A DNA stretch of 64,000 nt. Origin: Clostridia bacterium (GTDB taxonomy: Bacteria; Bacillota; DTU086). A program made the translations under genes and the position numbers. The stretch lies in the NCBI GenBank assembly GCA_012523575.1, contig JAAYIF010000039.1, positions 3,084-67,083 of the forward strand, in the 5' to 3' direction. Below the pieces are notes generated by a model. It saw only the letters and a program-made list of their open reading frames with translations, searched no databases and was not told the DNA's origin. This document shows positions 28,399-38,460 of the stretch, piece by piece (position 1 is the first letter of the stretch; every line of letters begins with the position of its first letter).

Positions 28399-29937
28399 TC
28401 AACGAACACCCGTGAATTTCCTTGCAGCCAGTTCCCCAATGACAGAAATTTCTTCAATACGGAATATATAAGCTGCCAAAATATACAAGATAACACCTGC
28501 CCCAATGCAGATCGCAGTCTCCGCATATGCGGGAAAAGTAATTTCGCTGGCGATCAAATAAACCCCTGCCCCCATCAACATAGAAGCCGCCAGTGCCTTA
28601 GCAAAGGTTTTTCCCATGGAGGAAAACTCCATATCGGGCAGATGCTTCGTAATTAAAATCATAAGCAGTGCCGTCTGAACAGTAACGGCAATGGAATTGG
28701 CCAGGGGAAGTCCCCTATGCCCCAAAAAGGGTAAAAACAGGTAGCTTAAAAGTATATTTACTATAATTGCAATAACTCCTGCAAATACCGGGGGCTTTGT
28801 ATCCTTTACGGCGTAGTAAGCTCTGATGATCACCATATTTGCACTCCATCCATACATCCCCAATGTAAAATATGCCAGTGCAGCGGCAGTCATTACAGTG
28901 GCCCTCTGATCAAAGGCGCCCCGCTGAAAGAGCAGCTCCACCACCGGAGTGCTTAAAACCCAAAGACCCACCGCCGAAGGAATAATAATGAACGAAACTA
29001 AATTGAGCCCCCTGGTAAGGGTTCCGGCATACTCCCGCTTATTACCCGAAGCTGCATGCTCCGACATGGAAGGAAAAATAAGGGTAGAAATGGTTGCCGC
29101 AAAAATTCCCAAAGGAAGATTGATAAGTCTGTAGGCAAAATCTATGGCAGATATGCTTCCCTCGGCAACAAAGGAAGCAAAGGCTCTGTTCAACGCCAGG
29201 TAAATTTGATTTACCCCCACCCCAAAAATAATGGGGATTATTTCTGAAGCAGCCTGAATCAGGGCAGGATGGTGGGAGTCAAAGCTTAGGAAATATCTAA
29301 AATTCAGCTTCTTTAATGAAGGTATCTGGATAAATAAAAAAAACATGAAGCCCACCAGAGTACCCAAAGCCAGGCCATGAATGCCCAATTTGCTGCTTAA
29401 AAACACCACCGTTAGGATAATTGCAATATTTTCTGCCGCAGGGGCAAAGGCCGGAACACTAAAAACGTGCTGGGAATTTAAAATGCCCGTTACTAGCATT
29501 CCCAGTCCCATAAATATTATGGAAGGCATTATTATTCTGGTAAGCTCTCGGGCCAAAATGGCAAGTTCTCCCGAAAAACCGGGAGCCATTAACTTCACAA
29601 GTATCTCCGCACCCAGTATCCCCATCAATGCTGCCGCGGTCAAGAACAGTGCCGTCCAATTAAAAATGACGCTGGCAGCTTTCCACATTTCCTCCCTTTT
29701 TCCCTTTACTCCATAATCGGTTAAAATGGGAACAATGATCATCACAAAGGCCATTCCCACTATGGACTGAAGGAAATAGGGTATGGTATAGGCAACCATG
29801 TAGGCATCGGTGGCTCCGGAAGTTCCAAAATGTCCGGCTATCACCGCATCCCTGACATATCCTAAAACCCTGCTCAGGAGATTCATTATCAGCAGTATGC
29901 CTGCAGCCCGTATCACTTTCCCTGTTGCGGAAGACAT
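28399..29937 (-). CDS. murJ: MurJ/MviN family lipid-linked oligosaccharide flippase (MOP superfamily)
   Basis: 512 aa, about 14 TM helices, MviN-like N-terminal region. Confidence 0.75.
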   Translation of the reverse strand: MSSATGKVIRAAGILLIMNLLSRVLGYVRDAVIAGHFGTSGATDAYMVAYTIPYFLQSIVGMAFVMIIVPILTDYGVKGKREEMWKAASVIFNWTALFLTAAALMGILGAEILVKLMAPGFSGELAILARELTRIIMPSIIFMGLGMLVTGILNSQHVFSVPAFAPAAENIAIILTVVFLSSKLGIHGLALGTLVGFMFFLFIQIPSLKKLNFRYFLSFDSHHPALIQAASEIIPIIFGVGVNQIYLALNRAFASFVAEGSISAIDFAYRLINLPLGIFAATISTLIFPSMSEHAASGNKREYAGTLTRGLNLVSFIIIPSAVGLWVLSTPVVELLFQRGAFDQRATVMTAAALAYFTLGMYGWSANMVIIRAYYAVKDTKPPVFAGVIAIIVNILLSYLFLPFLGHRGLPLANSIAVTVQTALLMILITKHLPDMEFSSMGKTFAKALAASMLMGAGVYLIASEITFPAYAETAICIGAGVILYILAAYIFRIEEISVIGELAARKFTGVR

Positions 29938-29970
29938 GTCCTGTATCCTTCCTTTTTGTGGATTATAAAA

Positions 29971-30211
29971 AGACAGACTTTCGGCAAATCATCTTAGTTA
30001 ATCTCATATGGTCCCTGCTGCAGTTTGCGAAACGACTTAACCAACGCCGATTAAAACCGGGAGGCGCGAGCAGAAGGTGAGCGCCAGCCAGTCTCTCGCA
30101 CGGACGCCGAATTTGGGGCTGTCTTGTTTTGCCCATAACACTACGCTTAGAGATGTCCGGCGTGAGTTCGCTAGTCAAGAAAACTGCAGCAGAGGCCCTT
30201 TGTGAACAAGC
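29971..30211 (+). repeat. Structured intergenic repeat, copy E (subtype II); core 30012-30194
   Basis: agacagactttcggcaaatc ... tccctgctgcagtttgcgaaacgacttaaccaacgccgattaaaaccggg ... gacgccgaatttgggg ... ttttgcccataacac ... aaactgcagcagagg ... ccctttgtgaacaagc. Lies about 75 bp upstream of the murJ start. Confidence 0.9.
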
Positions 30212-30254
30212 TCAAAGGATTTCCACATATCTGCTCTTGCTACTTTAGAAATCC

Positions 30255-31379
30255 TTAAGTTACTGTCTGTTTCCCACGAGCAATTTTCACCGCAAGCTCT
30301 GCGTTATCCCAAGCCCTGCGGCGCAGCTGATGAACTCTATCTTTAAGTTTCTCCCTCAAAGGTTCAGGATTTAAAGCAGCGTCAAAAACGGCTTTTTTAA
30401 GAGTATTATAGTCAATGCACTCTACATTACCGGCATTTATTTGTCCCACCTGTTTTAAGAAACCTTCAACCTTTGGATCATAACAGATACCCACTGCAGG
30501 AACCCCTGAGGCAGCTGCAAAAATAAGGGAATGAAGCCTCATCCCCAGAACCAAATCTAAATTGGCAAAAACCCCCAGAAGGCTCTGCACCGGCAACTCC
30601 TTTTCAAGGATATAAGCCTCTTCTTTCATAAATCCCGCTGCCCTTTGGGAAAGAATCAAATCCTTCGGATAATGCATGGGAATAAAAAGAACCTGCCAAC
30701 CGGAAGCGGCAAGGTCATCGCATACTTTAGCAAGCCCTTCAATAAATAATTCACATCCCGGCCAATCCCTGATGGAAACCCCCACCACAGGTTTGTCTGC
30801 TTCAAAAAACGTCCCCCCGGCCTTAAGTTCTGATAAAAGCACCCGAGCCCTTTCCATTTCGTTTTTTTCGGGCTCAAGAATCATTACAGGGTCAGCGGTA
30901 ACTTCCACGGGAGGACGGTTTATTCCCAGTTTTTTCAGCTCCGCTGCTGAATTTTCGTCCCTCACGGTAATATAATCAACCCTATTGACCACGGTTCTGG
31001 TAATTTTTCTGCCAAAATTGGTGAATACGGGCCCAAACCCCTGGGCATACAGCATAACGGGTTTTCCCAATAATTTTCCCAAAAAAATTATTCCAAGATA
31101 ATAGAAAAGGCTTTTTATCCCCGTAACATCCTGCAAAAGGCTGCCACCGCCGCTTATGACAAGATGGGATTTTTTAATTGCCTCTGCCGCTTCCTTAACG
31201 CTCCACCGGTTAACGGCACCAACTCCATATTGTTCTGCGGTTTCCCCGGGGTTATGGGAAAGGACGGTTATACTCACTTCTGGATCTATTTTTCTTAAAG
31301 CCTTAATAATAGAAAAAAGGACAGCTTCGTCCCCTGCATTGCCGAAGCCGTAGTATCCCGATAAAACTATATTAGGCAT
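30255..31379 (-). CDS. csaB: Polysaccharide pyruvyl transferase CsaB
   Basis: 374 aa. Starts MPNIVLSGYYGFGNAGDEA, typical of CsaB-type pyruvyl transferases. Confidence 0.8.
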   Translation of the reverse strand: MPNIVLSGYYGFGNAGDEAVLFSIIKALRKIDPEVSITVLSHNPGETAEQYGVGAVNRWSVKEAAEAIKKSHLVISGGGSLLQDVTGIKSLFYYLGIIFLGKLLGKPVMLYAQGFGPVFTNFGRKITRTVVNRVDYITVRDENSAAELKKLGINRPPVEVTADPVMILEPEKNEMERARVLLSELKAGGTFFEADKPVVGVSIRDWPGCELFIEGLAKVCDDLAASGWQVLFIPMHYPKDLILSQRAAGFMKEEAYILEKELPVQSLLGVFANLDLVLGMRLHSLIFAAASGVPAVGICYDPKVEGFLKQVGQINAGNVECIDYNTLKKAVFDAALNPEPLREKLKDRVHQLRRRAWDNAELAVKIARGKQTVT

Positions 31380-33300
31380 CTAAAACCCTCTTTCCCCATT
31401 TTTTCAAAAACTCATATCCTAATATGACAACCGCCCCTACGATAATACCAATCCAAACTCCATTAAATGTCCTTATAAGGGAAAAGATTAGGGGCGTATG
31501 AAGGTGTTCAAAGGTATTTACCAGGGAAACTTGTCCTACGCTGCCCAACACTACCAGAGGAATATATTTACGCTTATATCCAAGATAATAGGCTAAGAGC
31601 ATTAGGGGATGTCCCAAAAGGAACTCCTTTGTTCTCGGCCGGACAAAAAGAAGCTCCCTCAGCATTTCCCTAAACCTAATCTCCAATTCAGATACCATTC
31701 CCGCTTCATTGCCGCTTCGAAGCAGCATCACGGCACCGGCCAAGGCCAATATACCCAGAATAAACAGCCACTTATACTGAACAAAATCATTTAAAATCCT
31801 GCCAAAAGTTTTTATGGGATTGTCCTCTTCGCGTTTAAGAATTAGGAACAGAGGGATCAATATTAAGGGAACCAGCAGACTGATCTTAACACCGGAAAAC
31901 TGTTCCAGGCCTATCATGAAACCGGCACCGGGAAGAAGCCCCACAATTAGCAAAGCCCCCATCAGGGAAATGAGTACTGCCTTTAACAGCTTTAGGATGC
32001 TTGTTCCCAAGCCCTTGCTTTCCGGCTCCAATGTGGAAACCACTGCCAGGGTGGGAAAAATTACCGCCGAAGCAAGGGCCATAAGTTTCCTTGCAGCATT
32101 GATATCAATAAAGAAGAGTATACCCCAGAGCACCACACCACATAATCCCAAAAACAGCGACACCTTTTTGTCCAAAACCTGAAAAAGAAGAATAACACCC
32201 CCGGCAATGACACCAAGCCCTATAACTCCCAGCATTGGGTAAGATACGGGAAAACTTCCATAGGGCTTCGCAAATCCTAAATGAAGTCCCTTTGATTCCA
32301 GCTGGCTTCTCAATTCTTTGATAAAAGCGGTGTTAAAATCCAACCAGTTTGCACTGCTCACATTTTGAAAAATCCGAACCAAAAGAACCCTTACATTTCT
32401 TTCCGATGCCGCCAGGACATACCTGTCCAAAGCCCTGGAAGGAGTTATGTTTCCCATTTCCTGGCTGCTTATGGAATGAAGCTTAATGGCATTCTTATTT
32501 AGATCCATGGCCAGCCTTTTTAAGCCCTTTTGGTCAAAAAACTCGATCAATGCCACAGGGACACCCAGCTTCTCAACCCGCTCCTTTAACTCCGGCATAA
32601 GATGTGGATATCCCGGAACATCGGGATCATTAAAAGCCAGCACCGAGAGATTGGGTATGCCCTCCAGCTGCTCGAAAACCACTTCAAGGGATGAAGCTTT
32701 TCCTTCGGGCCAGGTGCGTACCTGGGGAATAAAACTCAAGCCCAGCTCCTGGGCCGCTTTTATGCCTTCTTCGGGAAAGCCCACCCCTATTGCCTCCAGG
32801 TTGAGGGTCCTAGCCGTAAGGGGAGAACCCACGTAATACAGCCCTCTGTTTTCATCGGCAAAAGCTTCAACACCACCAACCTTAGCTTCCAGGTTAACCG
32901 CCAAGCGCTTATGAATTTCAGGATCAAAGGTAATAAAATAAGTGTAATCTTTTTTTATTTCCTCCCCGAAAGGGGAAAGGTTATCGTCCCAAAACAGCTC
33001 TGCCCCGGATTTTGTATAAATAAGCCCTTGGGCTTCCAGGTCCTCTATTAGCTGTTCCTTGGCAAGGATTCCGGTAACTCCGGATTCCTTAAACTTTTCC
33101 AGTACCTCCCGTATATCAATATTATTCCTTCGGGCAAGCTCCCAGATCTGGGAATAATCAACAACAATTTCCACTGTTCTGTTGGATCGCTCATGGTTTA
33201 TTCTTTGAGCGGCGGTATATGCGGAAAACAAAAGGGCAATGAACAGAACAAAAAACAGGGGGAGGTATATTTTCTTTTTATCCACACTGAACACTCCCAT
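31372..33300 (-). CDS. Large polytopic membrane protein (642 aa): N-terminal anchor, ~380-aa extracytoplasmic domain, C-terminal multi-TM region
   Basis: Overlaps the csaB start by 8 nt, so likely co-transcribed. Topology inferred from hydrophobic stretches. Family not recognised with certainty. Confidence 0.5.
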   Translation of the reverse strand: MGVFSVDKKKIYLPLFFVLFIALLFSAYTAAQRINHERSNRTVEIVVDYSQIWELARRNNIDIREVLEKFKESGVTGILAKEQLIEDLEAQGLIYTKSGAELFWDDNLSPFGEEIKKDYTYFITFDPEIHKRLAVNLEAKVGGVEAFADENRGLYYVGSPLTARTLNLEAIGVGFPEEGIKAAQELGLSFIPQVRTWPEGKASSLEVVFEQLEGIPNLSVLAFNDPDVPGYPHLMPELKERVEKLGVPVALIEFFDQKGLKRLAMDLNKNAIKLHSISSQEMGNITPSRALDRYVLAASERNVRVLLVRIFQNVSSANWLDFNTAFIKELRSQLESKGLHLGFAKPYGSFPVSYPMLGVIGLGVIAGGVILLFQVLDKKVSLFLGLCGVVLWGILFFIDINAARKLMALASAVIFPTLAVVSTLEPESKGLGTSILKLLKAVLISLMGALLIVGLLPGAGFMIGLEQFSGVKISLLVPLILIPLFLILKREEDNPIKTFGRILNDFVQYKWLFILGILALAGAVMLLRSGNEAGMVSELEIRFREMLRELLFVRPRTKEFLLGHPLMLLAYYLGYKRKYIPLVVLGSVGQVSLVNTFEHLHTPLIFSLIRTFNGVWIGIIVGAVVILGYEFLKKWGKRVLDA

Positions 33301-33892
33301 TATTTTTATTGAAACCGTTTAAAAGAAGATCCATTAAATCCTGGACCAGGGCTTCTCCCTCATAGGAAAGATTTTCATGAACAATGGCTCCGCTCAATGC
33401 CATGACCGATCCAAAAATTATTCGCGCGGCAATATATACGTTCAAATCTTCTTTAAACTCTCCCGCAGCCCTTCCCTTTTCAAGTACCCCTTCGATAACA
33501 TAAATCTTCTCCAAGGTTTGTTCCAAAAACCACTGCCTTATTTCCCCGTTAAGGGCATTTTGATTGGCAATAATAAGCCGGGCAAGATCTTTATTCATGC
33601 CCATGAAATTAAAATGCTGCTTCAGAATTTCCTTAATCTGCTCCACGGCAGAAGGGTGGCTGCTGAAATCAAGAACCCTTATGTACTCCCTGCTGATGGA
33701 AGAGAGCATTTCTTTAAAAAGTTCTTCTTTAGAAGTAAAGTATTCATAGATTGTTCCCTTCCCTATTCCCGCTTCCTTTGCTATTTCTTCAATCTTTGCT
33801 TTATGAAACCCTTTTTTAGAAAATACCTTCGCCGCCGCTTCAATAATAATCCTTTTTTTTCCTCCCGGGTATTCACGGCTTTCGCTGTCCAA
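33278..33892 (-). CDS. TetR/AcrR family transcriptional regulator
   Basis: 204 aa with an N-terminal HTH (IIEAAAKVFSKKGFHKAKIEEIAKEAGIGKGTIYEYFTSKEELF). Confidence 0.88.
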   Translation of the reverse strand: MDSESREYPGGKKRIIIEAAAKVFSKKGFHKAKIEEIAKEAGIGKGTIYEYFTSKEELFKEMLSSISREYIRVLDFSSHPSAVEQIKEILKQHFNFMGMNKDLARLIIANQNALNGEIRQWFLEQTLEKIYVIEGVLEKGRAAGEFKEDLNVYIAARIIFGSVMALSGAIVHENLSYEGEALVQDLMDLLLNGFNKNNGSVQCG

Positions 33893-33913
33893 TACAACAC
33901 ACCACCTTACTTT

Positions 33914-36900
33914 TTATGCCTGTATTTGGCCGCTCTTTTCTTTTTTAAATAAAAGTCCCAGCTTCTTTTTCATTTTACTTAACATATCCTCAAGGAGAAC
34001 ATACATTACCGGCACAAAAACCAGGGTGAGCAAAGTAGAGGTTGTAAGCCCGCCGATCAAAACCGTGGCCATGGGAGCTCTAACCTCAGCCCCTTCCCCA
34101 AAACCAAAGGCAAGGGGGAGCATGCCTAAAACAGTGGTTAAAGTAGTCATGAGTATGGGGCGCAATCTGTGGGGACCCGCCATAAGAATGGCCTCGTCCC
34201 TATCCAAACCCTTTCTTCTCAGCTGGTTAATGTAATCCACAAAGACGATGGCATTGTTAACAACAATTCCCGCCAGCATAATAACCCCGATAAATGCCGG
34301 TATATTAAAGGTCCTCCCTGTGAGCAAAAGCCCCAAAACAACCCCCACAATGGAAACGGGAATGGAAAACATAATCACAAAGGGATAAATAAAGGATTCA
34401 AACTGTCCTGCAAGTATCATATAGACCAGTACTATTGCCAAGATCAAAGCATAGCTTAAATCCCCAAAAGCTTCAGCCATTTCCTTGCTCTCACCGCCGT
34501 AATCAATGGTATATCCTGAAGGGAGAGCATAATTGTCCAGCTTTGACTGGATATCCTCCATCACACGTCCCAAATCTCTGTCATGAAGTTTTGAAGTTAC
34601 AGAAACGGTCCTTGTTTGATCCTGCCTCTCAATTACATTGGGGCCCTTTGCAATTTTTATGTCAGCCACTTCCCTTAAAGGTACCTGAACACCCGTGGGT
34701 GTCATCAGTTCCAGGACCTCCAACTCTTGGAGACTTAAATCCTTCGTAGTCTCTAATAAAACCCTCACATCAATTTCGTCGCTTCCCGTACGATAACGAG
34801 TGGCAATCTGTCCTTCAATGGATCCCCTCACTGCATTGGTAATTTGGGAAACGCTAAGGCCATAAAAAGAAGCTTTGCTTCGATCAACAACAACCTGCAC
34901 CTGGGGCTTGGAATCTTCCATACTGACTTGCACTTCCCTGGTTCCGGGTACCGAAGCCACTATTTCGGAAACATCCTGGGCTATTTTTTCCAGAGTTTCT
35001 ATTTCCTGTCCTTTAATTTCAACGGAAATTGGGGTGCTAAAGCTTGAACCACCGCCGTACATCAACGAATTGCTGGCGGACACTTCAAACTCAGCCCCAG
35101 GAATATTCTGAATCTCTTTTCTTAACGCCTCAACTACGTCATTGGTGCTTCTTTTCCTCTTTCCTTTGTCCACCAGCTGAACATCTATGTGAGCATATTC
35201 AGACTGCCCTTCACCGCTCATAAAGGCTGTGCTCTGCCCCATCTGGGAACCCACTGTAACAAAAACGGTTTCCACCTCAGGCTGTTTCTCAATGACACCT
35301 TTAACTTCTTCCACCACTTCCTCCGTATGCTCCAGACGCGTTCCCTGGGGCATTTCAATATCAATTGATAAGAGGCCTTCATCCATTTGGGGTATAAACT
35401 CCACACCAATAAGGGGAATCAAGGCAATACTGATAACCAAAGCTGCTACCGTTATCAAGACAACGGTCTTCCCATGGGTAATAGCCCACTTAAGAAGAAG
35501 CAAGTATTTTTCATTCAAAGCCTCAAGCCATGTACCCCAGACATAAAATATCCTTTTCAGCCTGCTTTGGGAATGAGCATCATGATCATAATTTGCCGCT
35601 GCCATAGGAAATACCCGGGAAGAAAGCATGGGTATCAAGGTCAGGGCAACGGCTAAAGAAGCCAAAAGGGAAAAGGATACAGTCAAGGCTAAAGGAGCAA
35701 AAATTTGAGAAGCCAATCCTTCCACAAAAACTATGGGGAAAAATACCGCTATGGTAGTCAATGTGGAAGCTGTAATTGCCAAAGCCATCTCGTTGCTTCC
35801 TTTTAATGCCGCTTCCAAAGGCAGCTCCCCCTGCTGCCTGTGCCGGAAAATATTCTCAAGAATAACAATGGAGTTGTCCACCATCATTCCCACACCCAGG
35901 GCAAGGCCGCCCAATGTCATCATGTTAAGGGTCAAGCCCCTAAAATAAACGAGAACGAATGTGGTAATAAGGGATATGGGAATTGAAAGACTGATAATTA
36001 AGGTACTTTGCACACTGCGTAAAAAGAGGAAAAGTATAAGTATCGCCAAAATACTTCCCACAATGAGGTTCTCCAGCACATTATATATTGACTTTTCAAT
36101 AAATTCCGCCTGATCAACCACAGTGAGAAGCTCCACTCCGGCGGGCAATCTCCCTTCAAGCTCCTTTAGAGCCTCGCGGATTCCCCGGGCAACCTCCACG
36201 ATATTGGCATCGGACTGTTTGCTGACAAAAAGGGCTACACTGGGCTTATCATTAATTAAGCTGTAGCTATTGACATCCTTATGTCCATCCTCAATTTCAG
36301 CAATATCCCCCAAGCGTATACTGCCGCCACTCTGGGTGAAAATCCGCACATCCCCTATTTCCTCAACTCCCGCAAACTGTCCCAGAACCCGAACCAAATA
36401 CTCTTTTTCCCCCTGGTATGCACGGCCTCCTGTAATATCAAAGTTCTCACTGCCCAGGGTCTGTATTATCTGAGAAAGGGTTAAGCCGTGGGCCTGCAGC
36501 ACCTCCGGCCTTATCTTAACCTTTATTTCCCGCTCCAAACCTCCGTAAATACTAACCGAGGCCACCCCTTCTATTCTTTCCAACCTGTTCTTAACCTCAT
36601 CTTCAGCCAGCTGCCTCAGCTGTTCCTGTCCCACATCACCGCTCATGGCAATGGTATAAACGGGCATCATGCTGGGGTCCATTTTAAAAATAAGGGGGTC
36701 TTCACAGCCCGCAGGCAGCATCCCTTCCACAAGATCAACCTTTTCCCTAATTTCAAGCATGGTAAAATCCATATCCGTTCCCCAGTTGAACTGCAGCACA
36801 ACCACTGAAGATCCCTGCTGGGAAAAGGAAATAACGCTTTTGATATTATGTACCGTACTCAATGCCTCCTCCAGCGGGCGGGTCACAAGGGTTTCCATTT

Positions 36901-37072
36901 CTTCTGGACCGGTACCGCTGTATTGAACGATAACCAGTGCCACGGGCAGATTCATCTCCGGGAATAGATCGATTTTTAAGTTAACCAGGGAAATGAACCC
37001 CAGAACTAGTATTATACAAATGATCATTACCATGGTAACGGGACGCTTTATGGAAAATTCAGTCAGCTTCAT
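33914..37072 (-). CDS. RND multidrug efflux transporter (AcrB/HAE1 family)
   Basis: 1052 aa. Twelve TM helices, two large periplasmic loops, AcrB-family motifs. Confidence 0.9.
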   Translation of the reverse strand: MKLTEFSIKRPVTMVMIICIILVLGFISLVNLKIDLFPEMNLPVALVIVQYSGTGPEEMETLVTRPLEEALSTVHNIKSVISFSQQGSSVVVLQFNWGTDMDFTMLEIREKVDLVEGMLPAGCEDPLIFKMDPSMMPVYTIAMSGDVGQEQLRQLAEDEVKNRLERIEGVASVSIYGGLEREIKVKIRPEVLQAHGLTLSQIIQTLGSENFDITGGRAYQGEKEYLVRVLGQFAGVEEIGDVRIFTQSGGSIRLGDIAEIEDGHKDVNSYSLINDKPSVALFVSKQSDANIVEVARGIREALKELEGRLPAGVELLTVVDQAEFIEKSIYNVLENLIVGSILAILILFLFLRSVQSTLIISLSIPISLITTFVLVYFRGLTLNMMTLGGLALGVGMMVDNSIVILENIFRHRQQGELPLEAALKGSNEMALAITASTLTTIAVFFPIVFVEGLASQIFAPLALTVSFSLLASLAVALTLIPMLSSRVFPMAAANYDHDAHSQSRLKRIFYVWGTWLEALNEKYLLLLKWAITHGKTVVLITVAALVISIALIPLIGVEFIPQMDEGLLSIDIEMPQGTRLEHTEEVVEEVKGVIEKQPEVETVFVTVGSQMGQSTAFMSGEGQSEYAHIDVQLVDKGKRKRSTNDVVEALRKEIQNIPGAEFEVSASNSLMYGGGSSFSTPISVEIKGQEIETLEKIAQDVSEIVASVPGTREVQVSMEDSKPQVQVVVDRSKASFYGLSVSQITNAVRGSIEGQIATRYRTGSDEIDVRVLLETTKDLSLQELEVLELMTPTGVQVPLREVADIKIAKGPNVIERQDQTRTVSVTSKLHDRDLGRVMEDIQSKLDNYALPSGYTIDYGGESKEMAEAFGDLSYALILAIVLVYMILAGQFESFIYPFVIMFSIPVSIVGVVLGLLLTGRTFNIPAFIGVIMLAGIVVNNAIVFVDYINQLRRKGLDRDEAILMAGPHRLRPILMTTLTTVLGMLPLAFGFGEGAEVRAPMATVLIGGLTTSTLLTLVFVPVMYVLLEDMLSKMKKKLGLLFKKEKSGQIQA

Positions 37073-38319
37073 TTGTTCCTGCCCCCATTTTCAAGAATCA
37101 CCCTGTCACCGTCATTGAGGATGTGCTGCCCCTTTACAACCACCCTATCTCCGCGTTTAAGGCCCTTCTTTATCTCAACATATTTATCATCATTAATGCC
37201 CAAAGCCACCTCACGGACAACCGCCTTTTTACCCTCCACAACAAAAACAATATTTTTCCCGGAACGTTCTATTACAGAATCTACGGGAACCGCAGGAACC
37301 TCTTCAGCTTTATCCAGCACCAGAGAAACCATCGCACTCATGCCTGGCCTAATTTGATGATCTTTGTTGGAAATTTCCACTTCCAGCTCATAGGTGTTGG
37401 CACTTTTTGCATCGGCAACGGGACTTATATGAACTACTTTCCCCTTAAAGGGACGATCCATAACTGTTTCAATTAAAACCTCAACGGTCTGGCCTTCCTT
37501 TATACTTTTCAGATATTTTTCCGTAACCTTTGCCGTGGCAAGGACGCTGTCCATATCCACAACGGTCACCACGGGAGTCCCCATAGCCGCCATCTCCCCG
37601 GGATCCACATTCACTTCAGCAACTATACCGTCAATGGGAGAAGTAATGTTGCTGCTCTCAAGCCTGTGCCGGGCAAGATTCAAACTAGCCTCAGCCTGTT
37701 CAATATCCGCCTTGGCTAACTCATAGGCAGTTTTCTTTGCTGTTTCCAGCTGTTTTTCAGCAGCCGCCAACTCGCTTTCCGCCATCTGATACTGAGCCTT
37801 TATCGCATCAAAATCCTTTTGAGAAATTACGCCCTGTTCATATAAAGTCTTCATTCGTTTATAATCTTTTTCAGCATTTTCAAATCGGGCTGAGGCAATC
37901 TTAAAGCCGCTCTCCGCCTGTACAATCTGACTCTCCGTGGTAGAATAGGCCGCAACGGCCTTTTTATGGACCGCCTGGGCCTGGTTATACTGCGCTTCCA
38001 GTTCGTCCCTTTCCAGGGAAACCAAAAGCTGCCCCTTTGTAACCCGCTGCCCCCTGGAAACATTAACGGAAGCAACCTTGCCCGATATCTCCGGCACCAC
38101 TTGAATTTCTTTCCTGGGCTTTATCTGGGCGCTTAACTCAGCCTTCACCACCAAATTCCTCGGGCGAACCGTTTCGACGTCAACGGGTTTTGCAGCTTCT
38201 GCCTCCTGTCCTTCCTTATTTTTATCAGAACTGTATGTATTAAATAGCACAAAGATTAAAAAAACTGCAGCACAAATCACTGCCCCGATAATCAGCTTTT
38301 TTTTCATATTCATGTTCAT
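37069..38319 (-). CDS. RND efflux membrane fusion protein (HlyD/AcrA-like periplasmic adaptor)
   Basis: 416 aa. N-terminal anchor, coiled-coil hairpin, lipoyl and beta-barrel domains. Overlaps the RND gene by 4 nt. Confidence 0.88.
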   Translation of the reverse strand: MNMNMKKKLIIGAVICAAVFLIFVLFNTYSSDKNKEGQEAEAAKPVDVETVRPRNLVVKAELSAQIKPRKEIQVVPEISGKVASVNVSRGQRVTKGQLLVSLERDELEAQYNQAQAVHKKAVAAYSTTESQIVQAESGFKIASARFENAEKDYKRMKTLYEQGVISQKDFDAIKAQYQMAESELAAAEKQLETAKKTAYELAKADIEQAEASLNLARHRLESSNITSPIDGIVAEVNVDPGEMAAMGTPVVTVVDMDSVLATAKVTEKYLKSIKEGQTVEVLIETVMDRPFKGKVVHISPVADAKSANTYELEVEISNKDHQIRPGMSAMVSLVLDKAEEVPAVPVDSVIERSGKNIVFVVEGKKAVVREVALGINDDKYVEIKKGLKRGDRVVVKGQHILNDGDRVILENGGRNK

Positions 38320-38359
38320 ATATCACCCTCCGCCTCTCCCGCCTGAAAATCTTTTTATC

Positions 38360-38375
38360 GACCGTCCAGTCGGTC
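38360..38375. promoter_or_regulatory. Perfect palindrome GACCG-TCCAGT-CGGTC about 40 bp upstream of the efflux operon; candidate TetR operator
   Basis: 5-bp perfect inverted repeat with a 6-bp spacer in the promoter region of the MFP-RND-TetR operon. Confidence 0.4.
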
Positions 38376-38460
38376 AATTAAAAACATTATATTTTCAAAT
38401 TTATAGCATGTCAATGGCTTAAGACCCTCAAAAAAGCCATTAATTAAGGGCATCCCCAAA

